Source: a bacterium (GTDB lineage Bacteria > Sysuimicrobiota > Sysuimicrobiia > Sysuimicrobiales > Humicultoraceae). Taken from it: a stretch of 52,460 nt of DNA. Positions within the stretch are counted from its first letter, which is position 1. The number at the start of each line of letters is the position of its first letter. The notes beneath the pieces were generated by a model. That model did not search any database. It worked only from the letters and a program-made list of their open reading frames with translations, and had not been told where the DNA came from. A program made the translations under genes and the position numbers. This document shows, piece after piece, positions 19,569 to 28,933 of this stretch. The DNA is taken from positions 1 to 52,460 of the forward strand of contig JBGQGY010000010.1 of assembly GCA_041497675.1 (NCBI GenBank), in the 5' to 3' direction.

Positions 19569-20386
19569 AGACCCGATTCGAGTTACTCTTGTTCTCGACC
19601 GATCCTGCCTTCATCCACCAAGCAGTGGCCGCGGGTGTGGATGGCATTACCGTCGATTGGGAACGCAACGGCAAGCCCGCGCGGCAGGCGGGCGCCGATA
19701 CCCAGATCAATGGGGACTCCCTCGAGGACCTGCGTCGGGTTCGGGTCTCCACCGACGCCCAGGTCATCTGTCGAATTAACAGCTACGGCGCGACGACCGC
19801 CGCGGAGGTCGAGCAGGCGATCGACGCCGGCGTCAACGATATCCTCCTGCCGATGGTCCGATCCGTAACGGAAGTCGAAGCCGTACTCGCGCAGGTCAAC
19901 GGACGCTGTGGGGTCGGCATCCTCGTGGAAACGCTGGCGGCGACGCGCATCTGCCGGGAGTTGGCCCGCCTGCCGTTGTCGCGTGTCTACGTCGGGTTGA
20001 ACGACCTGGCGATCGAGCGCCGTACGCCGAACATCTTCTCCGCCGTCGTCGACGGCACCGTGGAACGCATCCGTGAAGTATTTCGCGCGCCGTTCGGGTT
20101 TGCGGGCCTGACCCTGCCTGACGCGGGGTTCCCGATTCCCTGCCGGCTCCTTATCGGTGAGATGGCACGGCTGGAGTGCCGGTTCAGTTTTCTGCGTCGC
20201 TCTTTTCACCGGGATATCCAGGGTCGGGACCTGCGTGTGGAAATTCCCAGCCTGCGCGCGGCGATTGAGGACGCGCAGCGGCGGACATCCGATGACCTAG
20301 CCAGGAACCGCGCCGATCTGGACGCCGCCATCCGGGCGTGGCCTGGGGAGCTGCGGCGGGTCGCGGAACCACTACCGCGTGGATAG
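19565..20386 (+). CDS. HpcH/HpaI aldolase / citrate-lyase-fold protein
   Basis: AGVDGITVDWE..GK..RQ...DTQI, ILLPMV, ILVET, YVGLNDL; GTGA overlap with the upstream methyltransferase. Confidence 0.78.
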   Translation: MKTRFELLLFSTDPAFIHQAVAAGVDGITVDWERNGKPARQAGADTQINGDSLEDLRRVRVSTDAQVICRINSYGATTAAEVEQAIDAGVNDILLPMVRSVTEVEAVLAQVNGRCGVGILVETLAATRICRELARLPLSRVYVGLNDLAIERRTPNIFSAVVDGTVERIREVFRAPFGFAGLTLPDAGFPIPCRLLIGEMARLECRFSFLRRSFHRDIQGRDLRVEIPSLRAAIEDAQRRTSDDLARNRADLDAAIRAWPGELRRVAEPLPRG

Positions 20387-21353
20387 CCTGCGCGATAAGC
20401 GCGCGCTCGTCACCGGCGCGGCGGGCTTCGTGGGCGCCAGCCTGACTAAGCAGCTCCTGCGGCACGGTGCGCGGGTCCACGCGGTCGTGCGCCCGACCAC
20501 ACGCCTCTGGAGAATCGAAGACGACCTGCCCGCATTGGTCCTTCATGTCTCGGACCTGACCGACCGCGATCGGTTGCAGTTGGCGGTCGATGCCGCCAGA
20601 CCGGATGTCGTCTTTCACCTCGCCGCGCCCGGCGGGCACCCCACGACGCCTGAGGCGCGCGCGGAGCTTCTCGCGTCTGCCGTCCTGGGGACCGCGAATC
20701 TGCTGGAAGCGCTGGCGCCGCTGGACTACCGGCGGTTCGTCGTCGCCGGCAGCTCACTGGAATACGGGCCAAAGATCGTCCCTCACGCCGAGACCGATCG
20801 GCTGGAGCCGACGACGTTCCGCGGCGTCGCGAAGGCCGCAGCAAGCCTGCTCTGCCTGCAACACGCCCGAGCGGAACGCCGGCCGATCGTGGTCCTGCGC
20901 TTGTTCTCAGTGTACGGCTGCTGGGAAAATCCCTCGCGCTTGATCCCTACCGTCATCCGGTCCGTCCTACGCGGTGCGGATGTAGTGCTGACGGCACCGG
21001 GCGTCCGTCATGACTTCGTGTTCGTCGAAGACGTCGTCGATGCCATGCTGCTCGCCGCCACCGCGGGTCACGCGGACGGCGAGGTGTTCAACGTCGGCTC
21101 TGGACAACAATGGAGCAACGAGGACGTCGTCGACCAGGTGCAGCAGCTGACCGGCCGGACGGTGCGTGTGCGCGTCGGCGAGTACCCGGCCCAGCCCGCC
21201 GACACCGGCTATTGGGTTGCCGACATTCGCAAAGCCGCGGCGGTGTTGGGCTGGCGCCCGCAACACGACCTCTCAGGCGGGCTGAGGAAGACCACCGAGT
21301 GGTTCCGTGTTCACGAGCACACCCCCAACGGGGTGACGGCGGCGCGCGGCTAG
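20379..21353 (+). CDS. NAD-dependent epimerase/dehydratase family (extended SDR), atypical active site
   Basis: LVTGAAGFVG, VFHLAA, GSSLEYG, LRLFSVYG, DFVFVEDV; the YxxxK position reads RGVAK. Confidence 0.85.
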   Translation: MDSLRDKRALVTGAAGFVGASLTKQLLRHGARVHAVVRPTTRLWRIEDDLPALVLHVSDLTDRDRLQLAVDAARPDVVFHLAAPGGHPTTPEARAELLASAVLGTANLLEALAPLDYRRFVVAGSSLEYGPKIVPHAETDRLEPTTFRGVAKAAASLLCLQHARAERRPIVVLRLFSVYGCWENPSRLIPTVIRSVLRGADVVLTAPGVRHDFVFVEDVVDAMLLAATAGHADGEVFNVGSGQQWSNEDVVDQVQQLTGRTVRVRVGEYPAQPADTGYWVADIRKAAAVLGWRPQHDLSGGLRKTTEWFRVHEHTPNGVTAARG

Positions 21354-21354
21354 G

Positions 21355-22062
21355 ATGGGCACCGACGGACCGGACCTGAGTGTCGTCCTCCCCGTGTACC
21401 GCAACCGGGAGATGTTGCACGCGCTATGCGGGAGAGTGTGCGACGTCCTGGACGCGCAGGGGCGGCCCTACGAACTCATTTTTGTTGACGACGCCTGTCC
21501 CGAGGGCTCCGGCACCGTCCTGAAAGAACTGGCACAGACGAATCCGCGCGTTGTGGTTCTGACGCTTGAGCAGAACGTCGGACAGCAGCGGGCCGTCCTG
21601 ACCGGACTCCGGCGCGCGCGCGGACGCTGGGTTGTTGTCATGGATGCCGATCTGCAGGATCCACCGGAGGCGATCCCACTGTTGCTCGCCGCGGCCAATG
21701 CCGGCGCGGCCGCGGTCTTCGCCGGACGGCGGGGCCGGTACGAGTCGCCGCTGCGCCTGCTGACCTCGCGCCTCTTCAAGGCGACCATGCACCTGCTGTG
21801 CGGTGTGCCCGCAGACGCCGGTCTCTACGTCGCGATGAACCGCCAGATGCTCGAGCGCGTGTTAGCGCTGGACAACCCGCGGCCCCACCTTGTGGCCATG
21901 ATCGGGTGCACCGGCCTCCCTGTGGCTTCGATCCCCGTCCGGCGCGCAGAGCGACCGGCCGGCCGGTCGGCCTACACGTCCTGGGGTCGTCTGGAGGTCG
22001 CGCGGCAGGCGCTCACCTGGGTGCTGGGGCACAAACTGCGCGACCGGGGAGCGCGAACATGA
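21355..22062 (+). CDS. GT2 polyprenyl-phosphate glycosyltransferase (DPM1/ArnC/GtrB-like, no C-terminal TMs)
   Basis: LSVVLPVYRN, FVDDA, NVGQQRA, MDADLQDPP, R..GRSAY. Confidence 0.85.
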   Translation: MGTDGPDLSVVLPVYRNREMLHALCGRVCDVLDAQGRPYELIFVDDACPEGSGTVLKELAQTNPRVVVLTLEQNVGQQRAVLTGLRRARGRWVVVMDADLQDPPEAIPLLLAAANAGAAAVFAGRRGRYESPLRLLTSRLFKATMHLLCGVPADAGLYVAMNRQMLERVLALDNPRPHLVAMIGCTGLPVASIPVRRAERPAGRSAYTSWGRLEVARQALTWVLGHKLRDRGART

Positions 22063-22793
22063 CCGGGCCCTCCTCGATCGATCTCGATCCCCATAACGTC
22101 CGTCAGAAAGAGTACTTTGAACTCACGGACAAACCCAGGATGGTGCCGACGGGCTCCCCGTATCTCCGACGGCACGTGGATGAGGCGATGCGGTTCGCCG
22201 GAATCGCACCGGGCGCCCGCGTGCTGGACGTCGGCTGCGGCATGGGGCGTTACACGCTCATCCTCGCTGAGCGTGGCGTGAGAGTTGAGGGGCTTGACAT
22301 CTCGCAGGTATTGCTCGACCGGCTCCGGGGGTATGCAGGGGGACGATTCGACATCCCGCTGCACTGCGCCGACATCCGGCAACCGCCGGCGAGTCTGGAG
22401 GGCGCGTTCGATGCGGTCTTGGGCTTCTTCGTCCTCCACCACCTGGCCACACTGGACGGCGCCCTAGTGGGTCTCAGCCCCCTGCTGAAACCGGGCGGCC
22501 GGATGGTGTTCCTCGAACCCAACCCGTTCAATCCTCTCTACTACATTCAGATCTTCGTCACGCCCGGCATGAGCCGGCAGGGAGAGTACGGCCTGACCAC
22601 CATGCGGAGGGGGCCGATCTTCCAGGCGATGCGCGAAGCAGGTCTCCATCACCCAGCGATGGCCCGCTTCGGTTTCCTGCCCCCGTTCGTCGTAAACCGG
22701 CCCTGGGGCGCGAGGCTGGAACGGGTGTTGGAAGCGGTGCCGGTGTGGAAGGGTCTGCGCCCGTTCCAACTCTTCAAGGGCGTCCGGCCCTGA
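22059..22793 (+). CDS. Class I SAM-dependent methyltransferase
   Basis: VLDVGCGMG, GLDIS, VLHHL, LKPGG, LEPNPFNP; ATGA overlap with GT2. Confidence 0.88.
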   Translation: MTGPSSIDLDPHNVRQKEYFELTDKPRMVPTGSPYLRRHVDEAMRFAGIAPGARVLDVGCGMGRYTLILAERGVRVEGLDISQVLLDRLRGYAGGRFDIPLHCADIRQPPASLEGAFDAVLGFFVLHHLATLDGALVGLSPLLKPGGRMVFLEPNPFNPLYYIQIFVTPGMSRQGEYGLTTMRRGPIFQAMREAGLHHPAMARFGFLPPFVVNRPWGARLERVLEAVPVWKGLRPFQLFKGVRP

Positions 22794-24292
22794 GGCGCGG
22801 CGATCTCCTGACCGGAATCGGTCTGTTTGTCGCGAGCGTTCTCCTCTCGATCGCCGGCGGGTTCGCCAGAGGGCTCACCCCGTACGATGAGGCCTGGTTC
22901 TTACAGGTCGTGCACCGGGTGACGTCCGGCGAGGTCCTGTACCGCGACGTCTTCTTCGGCGTGACGCCCCTGTCGGTACAGATGACGGCCCCGGCCGTAC
23001 GCCTCTTCGGCGCCGAGATCCTCGTCATCAAAGCCGTCGTGGGGCTGTGTTTTGCGTTCAGCGCGCTGCTGGTCGTGCGAATCGACCGGCAGCTCGGGGG
23101 CCGGGGATTCCCGGTCCTCTTGATCGTGGCCCTGTTGACGCTGGGCCGGCCTGAGATGGCTCCGTACTCCGGCTTGAGCACCGTCTTCCTCTTGGCGACG
23201 CTGAGCGCGGTTCTCCGCTGGCAGGAGAGTGCCTCACGAGTGGCGCTGGTCGCGGCCGGTCTCGCCGCGGGTCTCTCCTTCGCCAGCAAACAGAACCTCG
23301 GCGCCTACGCGGCGGCCGCGTTGCTCGCCTCGCTGGCGATTGCCCACCCCGGTTGGCGCGCGCTGGGTCGAAGGCTGGTCGTCGCCGGAGGGGCGTTCGC
23401 TCTCGCGGCAGGGCTCCCGATGGTCCCCATCTGGCTTGACGGCGCGATGGAGCGATTCCTGGCCGATGGGTTCTTCAACAAGGTGACCTACCTCGAACAC
23501 GCAGGGGTCGGATATCTGGAGAGCTCCATCCAGCTCGTCCGCCTGTTGCCTACCCTGTCGTTGTGGCACAGCCTCCCGGTCGCGTATGACCTGGACCGGT
23601 ACCTCGTCCCACCCCTGGCAGCGGCGGCCCTGCTGGCCGCCTGGCTCCGCGTCGACCGGCAGCGGCGCGCGACGCTGACGATCGTCTTCGTGTTCGCCGC
23701 GGCCGGCGTCCTCGGCGTGTTGCCCCGGACCGACACCGAGCACATGATCCACGCGATGCCCCCGCTTGTCGTCGGCCTCGCGTATGGCCTTCGTGAGGCG
23801 TGGCCCAGCAGAGCAGCGTGGAAGCGTGTCGGGACCGCAGCGCTGTTGGCGTGGTTTGGGTTCGGCCTGGCCCAAGCCCTGATCACGCCGGCCGTCCAGG
23901 TCGGGCGGGGAGCAATGCAGGTCTCAACACTCCCGCATTTCCGCGGGGCGCTGATCCCCACCGCCACCAAAGAAGACTTCACCGCGCGCGCGCGGATGCT
24001 GGCCGCGGCGGGTGAACAGCCATTCCTCCTCATCCCCGAGGCCGGTTTCTACTATCTGTTGACGGGGTTGAGGAATCCGACGCCCTACGACTACCCGTAC
24101 GTGACGACCTTCGGCCCGCATGGACAGCGCGACGTCATCGCGTCGATCGAACAGGGCCGCATCAGGACGGTCTGCTTCGCGGCGCGGGGTCCGATCGCGC
24201 TTCGCCCGGACGAGCTGGCGCGTTACGTTCAGGAGCAGATGATCCGCGGCGCAGACGCGGGCGCATGCACCGTCTACCACCGCCGGGGTTGA
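22745..24292 (+). CDS. Polytopic membrane glycosyltransferase, GT-C fold (ArnT/PMT-like); start uncertain, possibly CTG 22790
   Basis: Acidic DE pair after TM1 (PYDEAW), LYRDVF, SKQNLG, about ten hydrophobic segments and a C-terminal soluble domain. Confidence 0.7.
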   Translation: MEGSAPVPTLQGRPALRRGDLLTGIGLFVASVLLSIAGGFARGLTPYDEAWFLQVVHRVTSGEVLYRDVFFGVTPLSVQMTAPAVRLFGAEILVIKAVVGLCFAFSALLVVRIDRQLGGRGFPVLLIVALLTLGRPEMAPYSGLSTVFLLATLSAVLRWQESASRVALVAAGLAAGLSFASKQNLGAYAAAALLASLAIAHPGWRALGRRLVVAGGAFALAAGLPMVPIWLDGAMERFLADGFFNKVTYLEHAGVGYLESSIQLVRLLPTLSLWHSLPVAYDLDRYLVPPLAAAALLAAWLRVDRQRRATLTIVFVFAAAGVLGVLPRTDTEHMIHAMPPLVVGLAYGLREAWPSRAAWKRVGTAALLAWFGFGLAQALITPAVQVGRGAMQVSTLPHFRGALIPTATKEDFTARARMLAAAGEQPFLLIPEAGFYYLLTGLRNPTPYDYPYVTTFGPHGQRDVIASIEQGRIRTVCFAARGPIALRPDELARYVQEQMIRGADAGACTVYHRRG

Positions 24293-26334
24293 CGCCGAAC
24301 GCGGTGGCGCTCCCACACCGTCTGCCACTTGCGCTCATACAACACCCTGTTCCGGTCAAAGAGGGTGTCGTAGACGGTGGTGTCCAGGTCTTTGATCGAC
24401 GACCGGCCGAAGTGATGCACGAAGACATCCTCGGCGCAGACCATGCGATATCCGAGCGCGCGCACCCGCCACGCGTAGTCGTCGTCCTCGAACATCCCAA
24501 CCCCAAATCGCTCATCCAGCAGGCCGACCCGCGCCAGGACGTCTCGCCGAAACGCCACGCAGAACATCCCGAGCATGGGGAGCACGCGGGTCTCGCCGGC
24601 GTGCGCCCCACCGTAGGTCTGTGCGAAGACGTGCATGTCCTCCAGAGATGCGTACGACACCTCGATGCGTGACTCGTTGCCCGAGAAGTTCGTCACCGGT
24701 CCGACCATCCCGATAGACCGGTCGGCGGAGAGATGCCGCACCAGACCACCCAGCCAACCATGGGTGACGACGGTATCGTTGTTGAGCAAGACGAGGATCT
24801 CGCCGGAGGACGCCATCAGGCCTTGATTGGTTGCCGCCGCGAATCCTCGGTTCTCGGCGTTTCGGATGAGACGCAGGTTCGAGTGGACCCTCTGCATGTC
24901 CTGCACCATCTGTGCGGTGTCGTCCTGGGACGCGTTGTCGACGACGATGACCTCGAGGTTGGGGTACGAAGTCCGTTCCCACAGGCTTTGTAGACATTGC
25001 GCCGTGAGGTGGGCCTTGTTGTACGTGACAATGACGATGCTCGCCTTCGCCACGGCGCCAGCCACCGCGGTGCTCAGCGCCAGGTGGCGCGCCTCCCAGG
25101 TGTGCCGGCGGGCAAACGCGGTCCTCGCGGCCCGGCGCTCCGGACCATCCTCGCTCAGGGCCTGCTCGAGGGCACACAAGAAGGCGGCGGCTCCGCGTCC
25201 CTCGTACGCGAGCCCGTCTGCAACCAACGGCGCGACCTCCGGGAGCGGAACGGTGACCACCGGCTTGCCGGTACTCAAGTATTCATAGACCTTCACCGGG
25301 TCCGTGGCCTCGGTGAGCCGGTTCAGCGTAAACGGCACGATACACGCGTCGAAGTGCTGACAGTAGCCCGGCAGGCCAGCGTAGGGAAGTTCGCCGAGCA
25401 GGTGCACGTTGGGGAGGGGTTGGAGCGCCCGCACATCACCGCCGTCTGTGCCGCCGATCAGCACGAAGGACCACCCCGGGCGTGCCTTCGCGAGTTCGGC
25501 GACCAGGCGGCTGTCGAACCACTCCGCGATTGCACCAACGTACCCGATGATCGGCTTTGGCAACGTGCTCACGTCTGCGGGTGGTGCATCTTCGGGTGTA
25601 CTGAAGTGATCGAAGTCCGCGCCGTTGGGGATCAGCACGCAGCGGGACGCATACGGTGACCATCGCTCATAGAGCACGCGGCCGGTGGTCACGACAAGGT
25701 CGCTGTGGGCCACCAGGTCCATCTCCGCCCTCACCATCTCCGGATGGCTGGTCGGAAACCCGGCATGGTCATCCATGCAATCGTAGACGAGGGTCCACCC
25801 CAGCGTCTGCCTGAGGCGGATGGCCAGCGGTCCCCAGAACGGCAGCGCAACGACGCAGACGACATCCCGCAGACCTTGGGTCTTCTGGAACTCCGACAGG
25901 ACCCGCACCAACCGTCTGGTCATGCGGGCATCTAGCGCATCCACGTGAACGTTGAGCCATCTCGGCCCCGGCAGGGCGAGATCGTACACGCGCCGGCTGT
26001 GTTCTCCACGCGTCGCGGCCTCGGCCCGCGAAAACGATGGCTTCACATAGTAGACGCGGTGGCCGTGCTTCGCAAATTGGGTGCAGAGGTGCTGGGAGCG
26101 CTGAAACCGGAAGCCCCAGTCGACGATTGGGAAATAGACCACGTCGTACGGTGTGCCCGGCGGCACAGAAGCCGGTGCGCAGGAAGGCGCGGCCGCCGAC
26201 GGCAGCAGCAGATCCTCAAAGTCGAAAACCCGCACGGACCGGCGCAGCACGACGGTCCTGATCCAGAACCTCACGGGCCCCGGCAACACGCGGCGACCAA
26301 AATTGTAGACGCGGGGCCAGATCGAGCCTCTCAC
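24274..26334 (-). CDS. Bifunctional GT4-like + GT2 (rhamnosyltransferase-like) glycosyltransferase
   Basis: N-part FQRSQH, YDCMDD, DPVKVYEY; C-part SIVIVTYN, VVDNAS, NRGFAAA, LLNND, FEDDDY; GTGA overlap with the rmlB stop. Confidence 0.88.
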   Translation of the reverse strand: MRGSIWPRVYNFGRRVLPGPVRFWIRTVVLRRSVRVFDFEDLLLPSAAAPSCAPASVPPGTPYDVVYFPIVDWGFRFQRSQHLCTQFAKHGHRVYYVKPSFSRAEAATRGEHSRRVYDLALPGPRWLNVHVDALDARMTRRLVRVLSEFQKTQGLRDVVCVVALPFWGPLAIRLRQTLGWTLVYDCMDDHAGFPTSHPEMVRAEMDLVAHSDLVVTTGRVLYERWSPYASRCVLIPNGADFDHFSTPEDAPPADVSTLPKPIIGYVGAIAEWFDSRLVAELAKARPGWSFVLIGGTDGGDVRALQPLPNVHLLGELPYAGLPGYCQHFDACIVPFTLNRLTEATDPVKVYEYLSTGKPVVTVPLPEVAPLVADGLAYEGRGAAAFLCALEQALSEDGPERRAARTAFARRHTWEARHLALSTAVAGAVAKASIVIVTYNKAHLTAQCLQSLWERTSYPNLEVIVVDNASQDDTAQMVQDMQRVHSNLRLIRNAENRGFAAATNQGLMASSGEILVLLNNDTVVTHGWLGGLVRHLSADRSIGMVGPVTNFSGNESRIEVSYASLEDMHVFAQTYGGAHAGETRVLPMLGMFCVAFRRDVLARVGLLDERFGVGMFEDDDYAWRVRALGYRMVCAEDVFVHHFGRSSIKDLDTTVYDTLFDRNRVLYERKWQTVWERHRVRRQPRRW

Positions 26335-27365
26335 CGGTTGGAGTACCAGGCCTCGTGGAACGCGCGGTACTCGCCGCGCTTGATGGACTGCCACCAGTCC
26401 GGCCACTGCGCATACCAGGCCACGGTGGCGATCAGGCCCCGATCGAGGGTCCACGTCGGACGGTACCCGAGCGCGGTACGGATCTTCTGATCGTCCAGCG
26501 CATAGCGCCGGTCATGGGCGGGTCGGTCGGTCACACACCGCAGCAGCGAGGTTGGGCGGTCGAGCATCCCCAGCAGGCGTACGGCCAGGTCCCAATTGGT
26601 CAGACTCGTACCGCCGGCGATATTGTAGATTTCGCCGGGCACACCGGCTTCGACCAAACGGCACAATGCCTCGCAGTGATCCTCGACAAAGATCCAGTCG
26701 CGTACCTGCTGCCCGGTGCCGTAGATGGGGACAGGCTCGCTCTCCAGCGCGTTCGTGATGACCTGGGGGATAAACTTCTCCGGGTGCTGAAACGGCCCGT
26801 AGTTGTTGGTCGAGCGACCGATGACCGCTGGGACGCCGTACGTCCGGAAGAACGCCAGGGCCAGGAGGTCTGCTGCCGCCTTGCTGGCTGCATACGGGCT
26901 GGTCGCATGGAGATGTCCTTCCTCCGTAAACGCCGTCCCCACCGGGGCCGGACCATACACCTCATCGGTTGACACCTGGACGAACCGTTGCACCGCCACG
27001 TGCCGGCACGCGGCGAGCAGCACTTCGGTGCCGACCACGTTGGTCCGGAGAAATGGCGCCGAATCGAGGATGCTGCGGTCCACGTGGGATTCGGCTGCCA
27101 GGTTGACGACAATGTCGATGCCGCCGCCGAGAAGCCTCGCGACCAGATCGGCGTCGCCGATATCCCCGCGCACGAACCGGTGCCGGGCGGCCAGACCCTC
27201 AGTCTCGAGGTCGGTCAGGTTGGCCGCATTCCCCGCGTAGGTCAGCTTGTCCAGGGTGACAATGTCCCAGCCGGCCCGGGTGCGAAGCGCGTGCCGGACG
27301 AAGTGACTCCCGATGAAGCCCGCCCCGCCGGTGACCAGCAGCCGGAGCCTCAGCGCGGCGATCAT
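26331..27365 (-). CDS. rfbB: dTDP-glucose 4,6-dehydratase
   Basis: VTGGAGFIGS, DKLTYAGN, AAESHVDRSI, STDEVYG, YAASK, NNYGP, RDWIFVEDH, DRPAHDRRY. Confidence 0.96.
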   Translation of the reverse strand: MIAALRLRLLVTGGAGFIGSHFVRHALRTRAGWDIVTLDKLTYAGNAANLTDLETEGLAARHRFVRGDIGDADLVARLLGGGIDIVVNLAAESHVDRSILDSAPFLRTNVVGTEVLLAACRHVAVQRFVQVSTDEVYGPAPVGTAFTEEGHLHATSPYAASKAAADLLALAFFRTYGVPAVIGRSTNNYGPFQHPEKFIPQVITNALESEPVPIYGTGQQVRDWIFVEDHCEALCRLVEAGVPGEIYNIAGGTSLTNWDLAVRLLGMLDRPTSLLRCVTDRPAHDRRYALDDQKIRTALGYRPTWTLDRGLIATVAWYAQWPDWWQSIKRGEYRAFHEAWYSNR

Positions 27366-27823
27366 CGAGACTTCGGCGCCCACGAGTAGGGAATCGATGG
27401 GTCATCAAACGGCAGATGGTGCTCGTCTGGGGTCTCATAGTCGTAGAGTTCTGTGGGGATGTTGATGATCAGCGCCGGTTCGACGCCCACGGCCGTAAAG
27501 CCGTGGTAGACGAGCGGCGGAATGACCACGAGCCGCGGGTTGAGCGGTCCAATGTAGAACTCGTTGATGCGCCCGGTGGTGGCGCTCCGCTCGCGGGCGT
27601 CATAGAGCACGACCTTTGCCGTTCCGTGGACGCAGGAGAAATGATCCCACTGCTTGGTATGCACGTGCCAGGCCTTGACGATCCCGGGGTAACACGCGGT
27701 CATGTAGGCTTGCCCGAATCGCTTGAACTCCGGCCAATCGCTCCGGAGCATCTCCATCAGGAATCCCCGGTCGTCGGGAATCAGCCGCTGGGCCCGTGCG
27801 ACGACCCCCTCGATGAGCTCCAT
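27362..27823 (-). CDS. rfbC: dTDP-4-dehydrorhamnose 3,5-epimerase family cupin
   Basis: DDRGFLME, KAWHVH, VLYDAR, IPPLVYHGF, DPSIPYSW. Confidence 0.88.
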   Translation of the reverse strand: MELIEGVVARAQRLIPDDRGFLMEMLRSDWPEFKRFGQAYMTACYPGIVKAWHVHTKQWDHFSCVHGTAKVVLYDARERSATTGRINEFYIGPLNPRLVVIPPLVYHGFTAVGVEPALIINIPTELYDYETPDEHHLPFDDPSIPYSWAPKSR

Positions 27824-27856
27824 CCCCGCCGCCCCCGCTCCCTGTCGCGTCGTGAT

Positions 27857-28924
27857 CTACAACGTGATCTCGGAGTCGTCGCTCACGAAGAGCCGCAGCT
27901 TCCGGCCCCCGCGTTCGTCCCGGCGGACGGTCACCCCGCAGCCGAGCACGCTGTCATACAAGGCCTCGACGTCGACGATCCGGCACTTGTCCAAAATCAC
28001 CGAGTGCCCGATGGTCGCCCGGTCGACGTGCACGCCGTCGCCGATTGCCGTATAGGGATCGATCCGGGCGTCGCGGATGACGCACCCCGTGCCGATGGCG
28101 ACCGGACCCCTGATCGTGCTTCGCTCCACGACCGTCCCCACGCCGATGTCCACCCGGCCAGCAATCTGCGACGCGTCATCGACCGACCCACGCACACGGT
28201 GCTGCACGTATTCGTCCAGGACCAGGTGGTTCGCCTCGAGGAGGTCGTCTTTCTTGCCGGTATCGAGCCACCAACCCTCCAACACCCGGGCCTCGACACG
28301 ACCACCGGCGTCAATGATCCCCTGGATCGCGTCGGTGATCTCCAGTTCGCCCCTCCACGAGGGGCGGATGCCGTCGATCGCGGCATGGATGGTCGGTTGA
28401 AAACAGTAGACGCCGACCAGGGCCAGTGAACTCGGCGGGTCGGCGGGCTTCTCGACCAAGCGGATGACCCGTCCCGACCCGTTGGTCACTGCGACGCCGA
28501 AGGGGCGTGGGTCGCGCACTTCCTTGAGCAGGATCATCGCGTCGGCATGCGAGGCCTGGAACTCCTGGCACAGGGTTTTCACACCGCCCTGGACGAGGTT
28601 GTCACCGAGAAACATCAGAAACGGCTCTCCTCCCAGAAACGCGCGCGCGGTCTTCACCGCGTGGGCGAGCCCGCCGGGGACTTCCTGCTGGATGTAGGTG
28701 ATCCTCGCGCCCCACCGCGCCCCGTCGCCGGCGCGTTCCTGAATCATCGCCCCGGTCTCCGGTGAGATGATCATGCCGATGTCGGTGAGGCCCGCACGAA
28801 CGATCTGCTCGAGCACGAAGAACAAGATCGGCGTGTTCGCCACCGGGATGAGCTGCTTGGCAGTGGTGTGTGTCAGAGGCCGCAGCCGGGTGCCTCTGCC
28901 GCCGGCGAGTACCAACGCCTTCAT
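27857..28924 (-). CDS. rfbA: Glucose-1-phosphate thymidylyltransferase (long form)
   Basis: [49 protein letters not shown]-terminal left-handed beta-helix. Confidence 0.95.
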   Translation of the reverse strand: MKALVLAGGRGTRLRPLTHTTAKQLIPVANTPILFFVLEQIVRAGLTDIGMIISPETGAMIQERAGDGARWGARITYIQQEVPGGLAHAVKTARAFLGGEPFLMFLGDNLVQGGVKTLCQEFQASHADAMILLKEVRDPRPFGVAVTNGSGRVIRLVEKPADPPSSLALVGVYCFQPTIHAAIDGIRPSWRGELEITDAIQGIIDAGGRVEARVLEGWWLDTGKKDDLLEANHLVLDEYVQHRVRGSVDDASQIAGRVDIGVGTVVERSTIRGPVAIGTGCVIRDARIDPYTAIGDGVHVDRATIGHSVILDKCRIVDVEALYDSVLGCGVTVRRDERGGRKLRLFVSDDSEITL

Positions 28925-28933
28925 GTGGCGCTC

